From Mizuhopecten yessoensis (Eukaryota): a DNA stretch of 64,000 nt. Under the pieces are notes generated by a model, which worked only from the letters and a program-made list of their open reading frames with translations, was not told the origin of the DNA and made no database searches. Location of the stretch: positions 561,363-625,362 of the forward strand of contig NW_018406858.1 in the NCBI RefSeq assembly GCF_002113885.1, given 5' to 3'. Below are positions 1-11,270 of the stretch, piece after piece. Made by a program: the position numbers and the translations under genes. Numbering within the stretch: the stretch's first letter is position 1; each line of letters begins with the position of its first letter.

Positions 1-870
1 CATTGTGTTCAAGGGGACTTGATAGCAACCACCTCACACAATACATTGTGTTTAAGAGGGCTGGATAGCAACCACCTCACACAATACATTGTGTTCAAGA
101 GGCTGGATAGCAACCACCTCACACAATACATTGTGTTCAAGGGGCTGAATAGCAACCACTTCACACAATACATTGTGATCTAGGGGGCTGGATAACAACC
201 ACCTCACACAATACATTGTGTTCAAGAGGCTGGATAGCAACCACTTCACACAATACATTGTGTTCAAGGGGACCTGATAGTAACCACCTCACACAATACA
301 TTGTGTCCAATGGGGCTGGATAGCAACCACCTCATACAATACATTGTGTTGTTTGGGACCAGCAAGCTTCCACTTCACACAAAACATTGTGTTCAAGGGG
401 ACTAGATAGCTACCATTTCACACCATACATTGTGTTCAAGAGGGCTGGATAGCAACCACCTCATACAATACATTGTGTTCTTTGGGACCAGAAAGCTTCC
501 ACTTCACACAAAACATTGCGTTCAAGGGGACTAGATAGCTACCATTTCACACAATACATTGTGTTCAAGGGAACCAGATAGCAACTTCATAATACATTGT
601 TTTTAAGGGGGGTGGATAGCAACCACCTAACACAATACATTTTGATCAAGGGAACCAAAAAGCAACCACTTCACACAATACATTGTGTTCAAGGGGACTA
701 GATAGCAACCATTTCACACAATACATTATGTTCAAGGGAACCAGATAGCAACCACCTCACACAATACATTGTGATCAAGGGAACCAGATAGCAACCAACT
801 CACACAATACATTGTGATCAAGGAAACTAGATAGCAACCACCTCACACAATACATTTGTGTTCAAGGGGA
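1..870. repeat. Minisatellite, ~42-43 bp unit (CATTGTGTTCAAGGGGACTAGATAGCAACCACCTCACACAATA), ~20 copies, truncated by the window start
   Basis: Directly visible head-to-tail repeats with no unique spacers. Confidence 0.95.
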
Positions 871-2000
871 CATACAACCATTATTTTACAACCCCACTAT
901 GTTATATGTATAATCAGTTTATATTTCTAGCTGTCATCCAAAGCAGCACAGCAAGTTTTACGATCAGAAGTGAACCAGTCGGTGGGTATACTGGTTTTTA
1001 TCTAGGATAGCCAATGTTTAGTGCTTATCTCCAAGTTATTCTGCAAGCAAATGGCAAACTAAACATTGTCCACCTTTAAACATATCTTCAGTTTTCCTCT
1101 TTAAGTAATTGTAATCGTTGACATTTTACACAGAACATTTTTAGCTTTTCCCTATTTAAACATAAGCACAGTAGCATATTTTTGTCAACATTTGAATTAT
1201 GCTTCATGCTTTGTGAATAAATATCAAATGATCAAGATTGCACCAAAGAAAGATACAAAGTTAACTTTTAAATCATCATTTTACTTTTGTGGCATGTTGG
1301 TTAGATCATCTTATTCCAGCTGCAAAATATTAATGAAAGCAAGCCAGTTCAGTAATTTTTAAACTTCAGCTTTGATTATGTGTTATCTATGGTAGGGGAG
1401 ATAACTCCTGTACTGTGGTTTCCAAGTTTATTAGCCCTATTTCCCATATATTTATATGTATTATCTAATAAAGTAACTTCCTATTTAACTGCCTTGGAAG
1501 GTAGAAGTAGCCTAAACCTACTGTACTGTATCTCTACACTCCTATACAAGGGGATGGTAATGCGACCTAGAGAACAACATGTTGGCAAGAGATAAATGTC
1601 TGAATTCAACACTCATTTTACTTGTCACTTGATTGATATAGCTAACACATTGTGAGGTCCTGTTTTCCTATTTTCTTAACATTTCCTTTATACATCTCCC
1701 TAAATGTATCACCAAACCTGTTTATGACACCAACATTTTGTTGAACAAATGTGGCAGAATAACAAGGTTTGAACTTCTGAACAAAAACCTATTTCATGTT
1801 TTCCTGAAAAAATAGATATCTCCCAATTTCATACATCTGTTTGCATGTATAACAACACCACACATTTCATTTTTGTTTTCTCTTCGTCATACATGTACAT
1901 GATGTACATATACACAAAGACATTGAAATAGGGAGTAGTAATTTAACAACCTATCCAAAATGGGCCAGTACAAATGGAAATATATTTGATTTATTACATA

Positions 2001-2263
2001 TGGGGCAAAGAAGTAATTCCAACAGTGTGGACAAGTTTAGGTTGTCAAATTTTCGGAGCGATCCCCTCCTTTTTCAAGACACAGTGAAACAGAACAGTTA
2101 CATGTACATATACATCATATTACAAGAAGATAGAACTGATATACTATAATTGAAAATATAGCTATTATATAAAACAGATAGTCCCCTCGGCTAAAGACAG
2201 CCGAAGGCAGCAATTAAGCTGAGAGCAGCGTGGACAAGGAATGCTGATGTAGAGGACCTATTC
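2001..2263 (-). mobile_element. Short Penelope-like retroelement (pLTR) fragment flanked by a 14-bp target-site duplication
   Basis: Identical TGATTTATTACATA at 1987-2000 and 2264-2277. Contains a minimal hammerhead-like motif on the minus strand at 2043-2081. Confidence 0.6.
2043..2081 (-). ncRNA. Minimal type I hammerhead ribozyme motif (Penelope-type, U3-A8 core variant)
   Basis: Minus strand reads UGUC UUGAAAA A GGAG gggaucg CUCC GAAA AUU U GACA: stem I UGUC/GACA, stem II GGAG/CUCC, GAAA core and palindromic AAUU stem III. Confidence 0.55.
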
Positions 2264-2667
2264 TGATTTATTACATACATATACTTTAATAACAAGGGTT
2301 CTTATTTTACTAGTACATGTTATCATATTTTAGTTATTTTTGTGTTATTTGGAAACCACTAAATTATGATAAAAATGTTTTAGCTTTTTTATGCCCTTTT
2401 TGGAAACCAACAAAATATGATAATTGCTGAATAAAAGTGACTGTATCCATGTATATTACACGAGGCCTTATAACGTGATCAAAGACATGACGCCTGATAC
2501 ATGTATCACTCAACCTGTGTCAATAGAACACCTGACTAATCATCAGCACCTCTCTATACATAGATGTTGTCCTGAACACCTCACCAATCATCAGCACCTC
2601 TCTATAGATAGAGATAACAATTTGCTTCTCTTTCCTGAGATATGTACATATCATTTCACACAATTAA

Positions 2668-2750
2668 CTCATTCACCCCTAAAGACGCATTTGACTTCCT
2701 CCATTTCAAAGGTCGGAATAGTTCATTATGAAATTTCAGGGGTGAATGAG
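2668..2750. mobile_element. 83-bp MITE with TTAA target sites (piggyBac-like)
   Basis: TTAA|CTCATTCACCCCT ... AGGGGTGAATGAG|TTAA; perfect 13-bp TIRs. Confidence 0.7.
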
Positions 2751-3191
2751 TTAAAATGTCACAGGAACAGAAAGTCATTTTTCACACTTGCCAAACCGTT
2801 TATTTCCTCATTCATAAAATAGAAATAACTGTACAATGTAGTAACAAACATGGTTTACATAAGTGAGGTCAGTTGGTGCCTTAATTGTCTTTAAAGAATA
2901 AACCTCCTTTAACTTTTCCTTGTAAAGGGTCATAATTATGATTTTCAGTGGAAAACAGACCCACTACATGCTTTCTGATAGAACAATACACATACCAACA
3001 TTAGACATTTTGAATGGTAAAAACATCTAGGTCACAACCTGACTTTCTTTATAGCAAGCATTGTCCAATCCTCAAACTGTCACTTTTAACATGTTATTTT
3101 ATGACATGTGACATGTCATATCTCTTCTGATGAAGGTGTCTTTAAGTGTAATGTCAGATCCTAGCTTATTCTACACACTGTTGTCCTGAGT

Positions 3192-6100
3192 CTACATCAT
3201 CTCTCCTCCTCCATCAACCATCTCAGCTTCAGCAGCACCTTTCTCCCTCATCCTTCTCTCATGTACCATACGATGCTTTTGTTTCATGAAAGCATTCACT
3301 ACATCATAGTACACAGGTAAGTGTCCATCTGTCAACAAAATACACAGGTAAGTATCCATCTGTCAACAAAATACACAGGTAAGTGTCCAACTGTCAACAA
3401 AATACACAGGTTAGTGTCCAACTGTCAACAAAATACACAGGTTAGTGTCCATCTGTCAACAAAATACACAGGTAAGTGTCCGACTGACAACAAAATACAC
3501 AGGTCCACAGGTGAGTGTCAATTTGTTTAAAGTGATAGAGAAATTATCAATTTACTTGTTCATATTAGTTGTATCTTGCATCATCCTTATCATATCTTTA
3601 TGATAGCAACAACTAATAACCAATATATAAACATTTCTTGTTATGGTATAATAACAAGAGGTCCAATGTGGTTGTGTTGCTGACTATTTACTCATCTCAC
3701 ATTTTCACCTTCAAAGTTGGTTAATTCAAATTGATTTAAATAGACTTAAAAATCATTACTCTACACATAAAGGATCTTTGTTGTGAGATTGAATTTTTCT
3801 ATACCTTCAGAATCTTTGTCGTAAGATTTCAGCTTATTTCAATAAAGGGACACTTCACAAATTAGGCATAAATATCCATTCATCAATTGGAAATCAAACT
3901 TACTTGAGACCAAATTTGGTTGAAATCAAACAATTCTTAAATCTAAAGGTAGTTATTGTAACAAGAGATCCCAGAGGAGTCTTGGCGCCCACCATTGTAC
4001 CATCTTCATTAGTTCTTTGTCAGTTTGATCTTTTCTCTTCTTTCCTCAAATCTGTTTGATCGAGTCATGTTAACAGTAAATGCACCTTGGGGTAACTTTT
4101 GATCTAAACTTAATACTGATGTGTATGAAAGCCAACATTTAAAGTGAGTTTGTCATTTCACATATTTATTAGTACAGTACTAAATGTGAAAGAAATAGAA
4201 TCGATCATTGCAATATGAGAAAGATCTGTTTAGTATTTCCTTTAGACATTTCGTTTTTATGATCAGTCTCAAAATACAACATGTACAACGAGGGATCAAG
4301 GGGAACCTACATATCAAATTTGAGAAAAATCCCTCAAGTTATTCTTGAGAAATAGTACTAACAAACCTTCAATGTCAAAAATCAAAGATGGCTGTTGGTA
4401 GGCCATTTTGTTTAACTGATCAGTTTCAAAAGTTAACATGAATAATTAAGGAGAGTGGGGAATCTGCATTGGACAACTTTTGGTCGCTCAAGCAGGATTT
4501 TAAACGCCATTGGCGAGCAGGCGACCGTCCATTTCAGACACTGCTGCACAACAAGGGAACAAGGGGAACCTACATATAAAATATGAGTAAGGTCCCTTGG
4601 GTACTTCTTGAGAAATATCAATAACAAGAATTGTTTACGGAGGGACCACGGACGCAGGGTGATTTGAATAGCCCACCATCAGATGACGGTGGGCTAAAAA
4701 ACTTGCCATTCAGAATAAGTAACCTCATAAGTACTGTAAAACCTGCATGTAAATAGTCAGCAACACACATCACATTGGCAATTGAAATTAGCTTGAGAGT
4801 TCCAAATTGTTTGGTATTTCTGTACTTTTAGTTACCTGCCCTTTTATTACAGCAAAGAGTTATATACTTTCAAGTAATACTAGTATATTGATAATGTTTT
4901 CCTTTTCCACATACACATCTCCGCTCTGCCACAAGAGCTTGACCTCTCTCATCTTGGTTATAAAGCAGGGATTTTATTTACTCTGCTACTGGTAATATTT
5001 TTATGTTAATAATTTTCTACAACATTCATGGAAATCATTTCAAAATGTTGAAATTCCCTAAACAGGTCCACAAATTCAATTTATCTTATTCCGAAACCTC
5101 AATTTGTCTTTGTTGATATAGAGGGAATAGCTTACATTTTAAGGAACTTTTCAAGGCCTGAATAAGAGAAACAATGTGGGACTTTCTACCTTATATTTTT
5201 AAAATAAATTAACAGTTTTAAACTTTATTTATTTTACAACATTTATGAAACAAAAGGCAATATTCAATCACAACAAGCTCAGAATAGGTTGGTTTCCTTA
5301 TTTGTAAGGAGATACAAATAAAGAAACCAAAATAAAGAAACCAACCTATCCTGAGCTTGTTGCGATTGAATATTGCCTTTAATTTCCCGTTCCTCAATCG
5401 CCCTGCATACCCCTGGGTATCGAACCTAGAAGTACGGCGTTGGCTCTACACCCCGATAATTAATTATGAAACAAGTTACATGTATACCATCTTATATTAC
5501 CGTATACAGAGAAATTTTGTCCAGTTAAACTTTCGCATTTCGAAAGATAAATCCATAACAAATATTTGTGTATTGTTAACTTCATCCTTAATCTTAATGT
5601 TAGAGGAAACCAGAGGACTCCAAGTAAACGTTTTTGGTTGGACAGGTGACCTGCTATCTTTTAATGTCTGATTAAGGAATCAAACCCTGGTCATATACCA
5701 CACAGTACATACTTACATTTTAGCATCCATTCATCACTTGTCTCATTGTATGTATCCTTCATTACTTTACATTTTGTATTTCTGTTGCTGTAATCAGAAA
5801 ATACGCAATGCATCCACCGTTTCCTTAGAATAAACAATATGTCATTGTCCACTTTTCTGTAAAAAACAAATGCATTGATAATCAATAACATCAGTTCTTG
5901 AAAAACTGCCTCAAGCATATATGTCAGGTTAAGTAAAAGACTGTCTTGTTGAGAAATTAACTGACAAGTGTAAACACTGCATACACTTGTCAATGTAAAT
6001 GGGAAAACAACTTACAACAAGTCATACACAGCAAATTAAAACCTTGATGGTATAACAGTACCTGTACAGTTAGTCAAGCTTGCTTTTATACAAATAGGTT

Positions 6101-9100
6101 TCAAAAAAAGAGAGAGAAAACAAGTTTTAGTGGGGGGGTTTTCATTTTAAAATTAACAAATGTTACGTAATCTTGACAAAAGGTAATGCCCAATAGTAAT
6201 GGATTGCCTGGGAGTTAACACAAATAAACAGGCATAGGGTCATTGTGGTGGATATCAAAATTACATGTATAAGCACTAAGGCTGTGTAAACATTATCAAC
6301 AGCAAACAAATGATGCAAAAATAAATAATAAATGGCTCACAATCAAATTATTTATCACACTGATTTTTTTTTTATACAAAACAGACAACGAATGAACTAT
6401 CAAACATTTTGCAACAATGCAATAAGGATTGTACTTGTAACTTAACCTTAAGGTAAAAATATTTTGTTTTAGTGAATAAATCTGTGATTTTGTATACACA
6501 CTGCAGCCCAATTTGTTCAACGTTCTTACTTGTCTCTTTTGAACTGTTGATCTGCTTCAAATCGGCACATTACATCATCTGTATAGCACTCATCAATGGT
6601 AGGTACCCTGTTGAACCTTCGGTGATAATAGGGAACAGTTTTCCTATCACCTTGAAACTTTTCTGCAGTACCTTGATAAAAAAAAAATCCATAATAAAAT
6701 TTTAAAATTATGCATTAATTGCTTCATTAAAATATTCAAATTGAATAAAACCTCTCACACACAGGGAGATTTTAGGGAGGGAATCTCTCCTGTTAGTTTC
6801 CATGTTGTTATCCTGGGACTAGATTATCCAAGATGGGGCCAAACCCCAGATTCAATTGAATTCTGTCTGATAGCATGCATATGATTTGTGTTCATAGACT
6901 CACAACCATTTGTATGTTATGACCCTAGGAGTAGTTATGACCCTTGTCCTTGGATGAGCTCCCAGGACAGATCAACCTCCAGGCCTATCCTGGGAAGTGG
7001 TGGCCTAGGGAATTTTCAATTTCAAAAGTATTTTATTGACAATACATATATAATACAAACATATAAGTTAACATTAAAGAAGATATTAGAACAGTATTGA
7101 CAAAAGAATAAGAAAACAGGCTTTGCCTATATCAGTCTTCTTATAATTCCGGTAGCTACGTACAATGCTTAAATATATAAAATGTTGTGATTCGTTTTCC
7201 TCTCACACTCATGCTCACCCACACCCACACCAGCTTATGTCTAATACTCGTTATTTAAGGGATAAAACTTGCCTGAATAACAATAATAATAACAATATAT
7301 ATGAATATTCATTTGGAATTTATCTAGCACGTATAAGTAACGAAACGTTTTGATGATTTAAGATAAGAGTCAAAATGTATAAGAATAGTTTTATTTAATT
7401 GGTCGGATGCATTACTAATACCATATACTAAACAGTGCAGATTTAAATATCCTAATAGATTATAAATAGTGGTAATATGATGCCTAATATTTGAATACAG
7501 AGGACATTGAAAGAAAAAATGTATTAGATCTTCCCTCTGTACACCACATACACAGGAAGCATCATCAATCAGATGGTCTTGTATCAGAGTTAAGATCACT
7601 TTTAAAATTTCTTAGCTGACATAAAATTGTGTTAAGTTTCCTCGGAACACAGTTAATAAAAGTTTCTGAGACGGATGTATCAAAGGTTTTTTTAAGTTTC
7701 TTTTTAAAAGATGAAATTGAGATGGAGTCTCGTACAGTGCTATCAAGTGCATTCCATTTTACCATTGTAGAAGGGAAGAAGCTATTCATATAAGTAGTAG
7801 TTCTTGTCTGTGGTATATTAAAGAATCTGTTATTTCTGAAGGTATAGTTATTATTTACATTTAGAAATGGTTGAATGATATTATCGAGATAAGTTGGAGT
7901 GTAATTATTAAGAATCTTATACATTAATGTTAGTTTATGATTTTGTCTTCGTGTGTGTAATGTTTCAAGTTGTGTTTCAGTATACAGAATGTGATGAGAT
8001 GTACCTGGCCAGTAATTAAACGCATAGCTTCTAGTTGAACTGATTCTAAAAGATCTGATTCCGATTTGGTACAATTATCCCATACTGTATCAGAATATTC
8101 TAGCACCGGTCTTATATAAGAGACATATAATGTTTTTAATGTATCCCTATCAACTGTAGTTTTTAAAATTCTAAGAATACTTAGTTTAGAGTTTGCTTTC
8201 TTATAAATATTTGAAATGTGATCTGACCATGTCCCTTAACTGTTAAATGTTAGTCCTAAGTGAGTATGGTGTTCATGTTGTGGAATTGGAGTATTGTTAA
8301 ATAGCAGTTGAGGATGACTGTTAATGTGTCTACGAGAGAAGTTAATAGCTACAGTCTTATTCGGATTGAATAGGATCTGCCATCGCTTTGACCATTCAGA
8401 GATTGAGTCAAGATCATCATTAAGTATGTTAGTAGGTGTTGTAAGGTCATTGTTATTATTTACTATTACATAGAGAGAGGTATCATCTGCAAAGAGTTTT
8501 ATATGAGAAGTTACATTATTAGTAATATCATTAATAAAAAGAAGAAAGAGGAAGGGACCAAGGACAGATCCTTGAGGAACCCCTGCAGACATAGGTTTGG
8601 TACTAGATTTATAACCTTCAAAGATAACCCTTTGTTTTCTGTCAGATAAGTAAGCTTTAAACCAATTATATAATTTACCTTTAATACCATATGTTTTTAG
8701 TTTATATAATAGGCCCAAATGCCATACTCGATCAAATGCTTTACTTATGTCACAGAAAACAAAACGCAAATCTTTACCTTGGTCTAAATTGCCACTTATA
8801 GTATTATAGATATCAGCTAGTTGATTAGTAGTGGAGTCTTTGGGTTGAAATCCTGACTGATGTACACATAACATATATTGTGACTTGAAATATAATTAAA
8901 CGTATATTTAAAAATATTTTTTGCCAACATTTTGATAAAAATAGATGTAATAGCAATAGGTCTATAGTTATTGAGATCACTGATATCTCCTTTACCTTTA
9001 TAGAGAGCAGTAACATTAGCCGTTTTTAGTACATCAGGTATTATTCCAATAGATAAAGTTCTATTAAATAATAGTTTGAATGGGTATACTAAAGAAGAAG

Positions 9101-10847
9101 AAATGTTCTTTACAATCATAGGTAAAATACCATCAGGACCCACTGGTTTGTTTTTATTAAAAATGTCAAATTGGTCAGTTATATCTTGTTCAGTTATGTT
9201 AATGTCAGAAAGTTCAAATGGACATAAGGGAGGTAAATCAGGTAGGTTAGTGTCAGTAGTATCAGTAAAGAAGTTATTTAGTGCCTCAGCTTTATCTTGT
9301 GGATGGATTAATATTTTATTGTTAGATTTTAGAGGATAGGAATTAGTGCTAGTGTTATTCATTTTTCCTATAGATTTTGCTATCTGCCACCATTTTCTTG
9401 GATGCACTGTTTTGTCGGCAAGACAATTTTGAAGTTTCTTAAAGTAATTTTCTTTGGATTGCCGAATAATTTGTATAGTGTAATTGCGACAAGTTCTAAA
9501 TTTTGCCCAATCTTGTTCCCTATTTTTATTTTTAGCTATTTTATGTAATCTATTCTTATATCTTAATTTATGCCGAATTTCACCAGTCATCCAAGGTTTA
9601 TCATCAGGATGGACAGTAATTGTTTTATGAGGGATATGGGAGTAAGTAGCAGAGTTTATTTTGTTTATAACAGTAGAATATAGTTCATAGTTCATTAATG
9701 CTAGTAGTGTTATTAACTATGGAATCCCAATCATTACTAAGTAGTTCATTATTAATAGCATCCCAATTAGCTTCATTGAACTTATATATAGGTTTCTTGA
9801 ATGGTTTATTTTTTAGTGTCTTAAAACAAATGTTAGCAAGGATGGGGCAGTGATCACTACAGAGAGGGGAAAGTACATTTGTCGAGGTAAAAATGTTAAC
9901 ATCATTACTAATAAATACATCAATTAAGGTAGCAGTAGTGTTTGTAATGCGTGTTGGTGATTGTATTAAGTTTTTTAAGTGATATTTAGTAATTAATCTT
10001 GCTATATGTGAATTAGGTTTCATTGTGATAAAGTCAATATTTATGTCACCAGTGATAATGATATTAAGATTAGTATTAGAAAGATTATCCAAAATGTTAT
10101 CAAGTTCATTCCAGTAATCTATTTTTGTATTAGGAGGGCTATAAAGACAGCAGAGAAGCATTTTTTTGTTAGAAGTGTTAATTTCTAGGATGACAAGTTC
10201 TATGACTTCAGTTTCAAGATCAGTTCTGTGATTTATTAAGAGGTTGTTTTCAGTATATATCATAATACCACCACCGTGTTGCCTAGGGAATACCACAGGT
10301 GCTGGACACACTGGTCAATGGTCTTATGGTTACTTACTGTTTAAAATGCATGCAAAATTTATCTTACATCTTAATAATTGTGATGAGGAATTAATATATA
10401 CAATGTACCTTATTTCAAATGAGCATTCCAAATTTTTTCATTCCGTATTTTTAAATATTGATCGACCATTAGTAACGTTACCAAATGGCACATTTGTGCG
10501 GTGCACAATGACCTAACATACTCATGCATATGATGTATGTTTATGTATAAACAGACGACTGATCAGATTTTTGAAGCCTTCAATTATAGTCAGTTTTAAC
10601 GGACTAGAATGATTACTGTAGTCTGCTAAAACTGGCCATAATCGCAGGCTCAAAAGTTCTGATCGATCATGACATAGGCCTACCCCTATGTCATTTGATA
10701 CCTTAACTATTAGTTAAGTTTTTGTGAGCTTCATCAATTTATGTTACCCTTTATCAAAGTGGCAGGAGCATCAAAAAGTAGAGATAAAAAAGTCCTTGTA
10801 AACTGTGTGTATCTCGAAAGGGTTGAATCGTCGTCCTTTCCCGACAT
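3192..10847 (-). CDS. NDUFB10: NADH dehydrogenase (ubiquinone) 1 beta subcomplex subunit 10 (PDSW), 4 coding exons, 172 aa
   Basis: Exons 10847-10748, 6671-6530, 5856-5717 and 3328-3192, all GT-AG with compatible phases, 519 nt in total. Protein MSGKDDDSTLSRYTQFTRTFLSLLFDAPATLIKGTAEKFQGDRKTVPYYHRRFNRVPTIDECYTDDVMCRFEADQQFKRDKKVDNDILFILRKRWMHC...YGHLPVYYDVVNAFMKQKHRMVHERR. The YYHRRF.RVP.I.EC...D..C.FEA..QFKRD..VD motif is the PDSW signature. Confidence 0.93.
3311..3503. repeat. 31-bp minisatellite, 6 copies, spanning the NDUFB10 intron 3/exon 4 junction
   Basis: Unit ACACAGGTAAGTGTCCATCTGTCAACAAAAT starting at 3311, 3342, 3373, 3404, 3435 and 3466. Confidence 0.95.
3960..4700 (+). mobile_element. 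Probable non-autonomous Helitron/Helentron-type (HINE-like) element in NDUFB10 intron 3
   Basis: Starts AACAAGAG and ends in the hairpin TAGCCCACCATC-AGAT-GACGGTGGGCTA followed by an A-run. Internal duplicated CAAGGGGAACCTACATAT blocks. Architecture typical of bivalve HINE-like repeats; family assignment is inference. Confidence 0.5.
5253..5380. mobile_element. Foldback/MITE-like element, ~51-bp inverted arms with 3 mismatches
   Basis: AAAGGCAATATTCAATCACAACAAGCTCAGAATAGGTTGGTTTCCTTATTT (5253-5303) versus its near reverse complement at 5330-5380. Confidence 0.7.
7014..10280 (-). mobile_element. 5'-truncated, frameshifted non-LTR retrotransposon (CR1/L2 group) ORF2: APE endonuclease plus reverse transcriptase, in NDUFB10 intron 1
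   Basis: EN motifs GGGIMIY, LYSPPN, GDINID, SDHCPI (9685-10311). RT motifs NYRPI, QSGF, DISKAFDRVWH, GVPQGSVLGP, LFADDT (8236-9695). C-terminal C-CG...HFFFQCP. AATAAA plus TTTGAAATTGAAA tail near 7015-7037. Flanking 11-bp direct repeat GCCTAGGGAAT at 7003-7013 and 10281-10291. Confidence 0.93.
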
Positions 10848-11270
10848 TGTGGATAGTGACCTACCGGAAATGTGACTGTATGGCACTGGCTACGACATCA
10901 GTCTCCAGCACAGAAATATATTTAACATTTTTGTTTACAGTTTTTCATTAATTTCTAAATTGGACTTAAGTTGAATAACATATTTTAACGTTTTTTAAAT
11001 TATTGTTTATTTGCTGTACAATAAGTATCTGATTTGTATGTCGTAAAAACCGGTTTGAGGTTAGATTATAATATAAAGAACACATACACAAGTAATGCTT
11101 TTTCTTTTAAACTAAAGTGGTGGATACCCAAGTACCAATGTGTGAAACAAAAGATTCTCAAGTTGATTAGTTTCTCTTACGATACGATACGATCCAGGTC
11201 AAAGGTCACAGATCCCAGGCACTATCGGACCGACATACGGCAGCTCTTCCTTTTTGAGTCGACGGCCATC
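10848..11270. promoter_or_regulatory. Bidirectional promoter shared by NDUFB10 and RPL3
   Basis: Divergent ATGs at 10847 (-) and 11271 (+). ETS/GABP-like CCGGAA at 10864-10869, perfect DR1 AGGTCA-A-AGGTCA at 11196-11208, TCT/5'TOP tract CTCTTCCTTTTT at 11244-11255 and YY1-like GCCAT just before the RPL3 ATG. Confidence 0.75.
11244..11255 (+). promoter_or_regulatory. TCT initiator / 5' terminal oligopyrimidine (TOP) tract of RPL3
   Basis: CTCTTCCTTTTT ending 15 nt upstream of the ATG-only first coding exon, typical of ribosomal protein genes. Confidence 0.8.

Noticed and set aside
3311-3503. Perfect plus-strand donor CAGGTAAGT in several repeat units
   Set aside because: It is the reverse complement of NDUFB10 coding sequence; I found no plus-strand exon upstream to use it.
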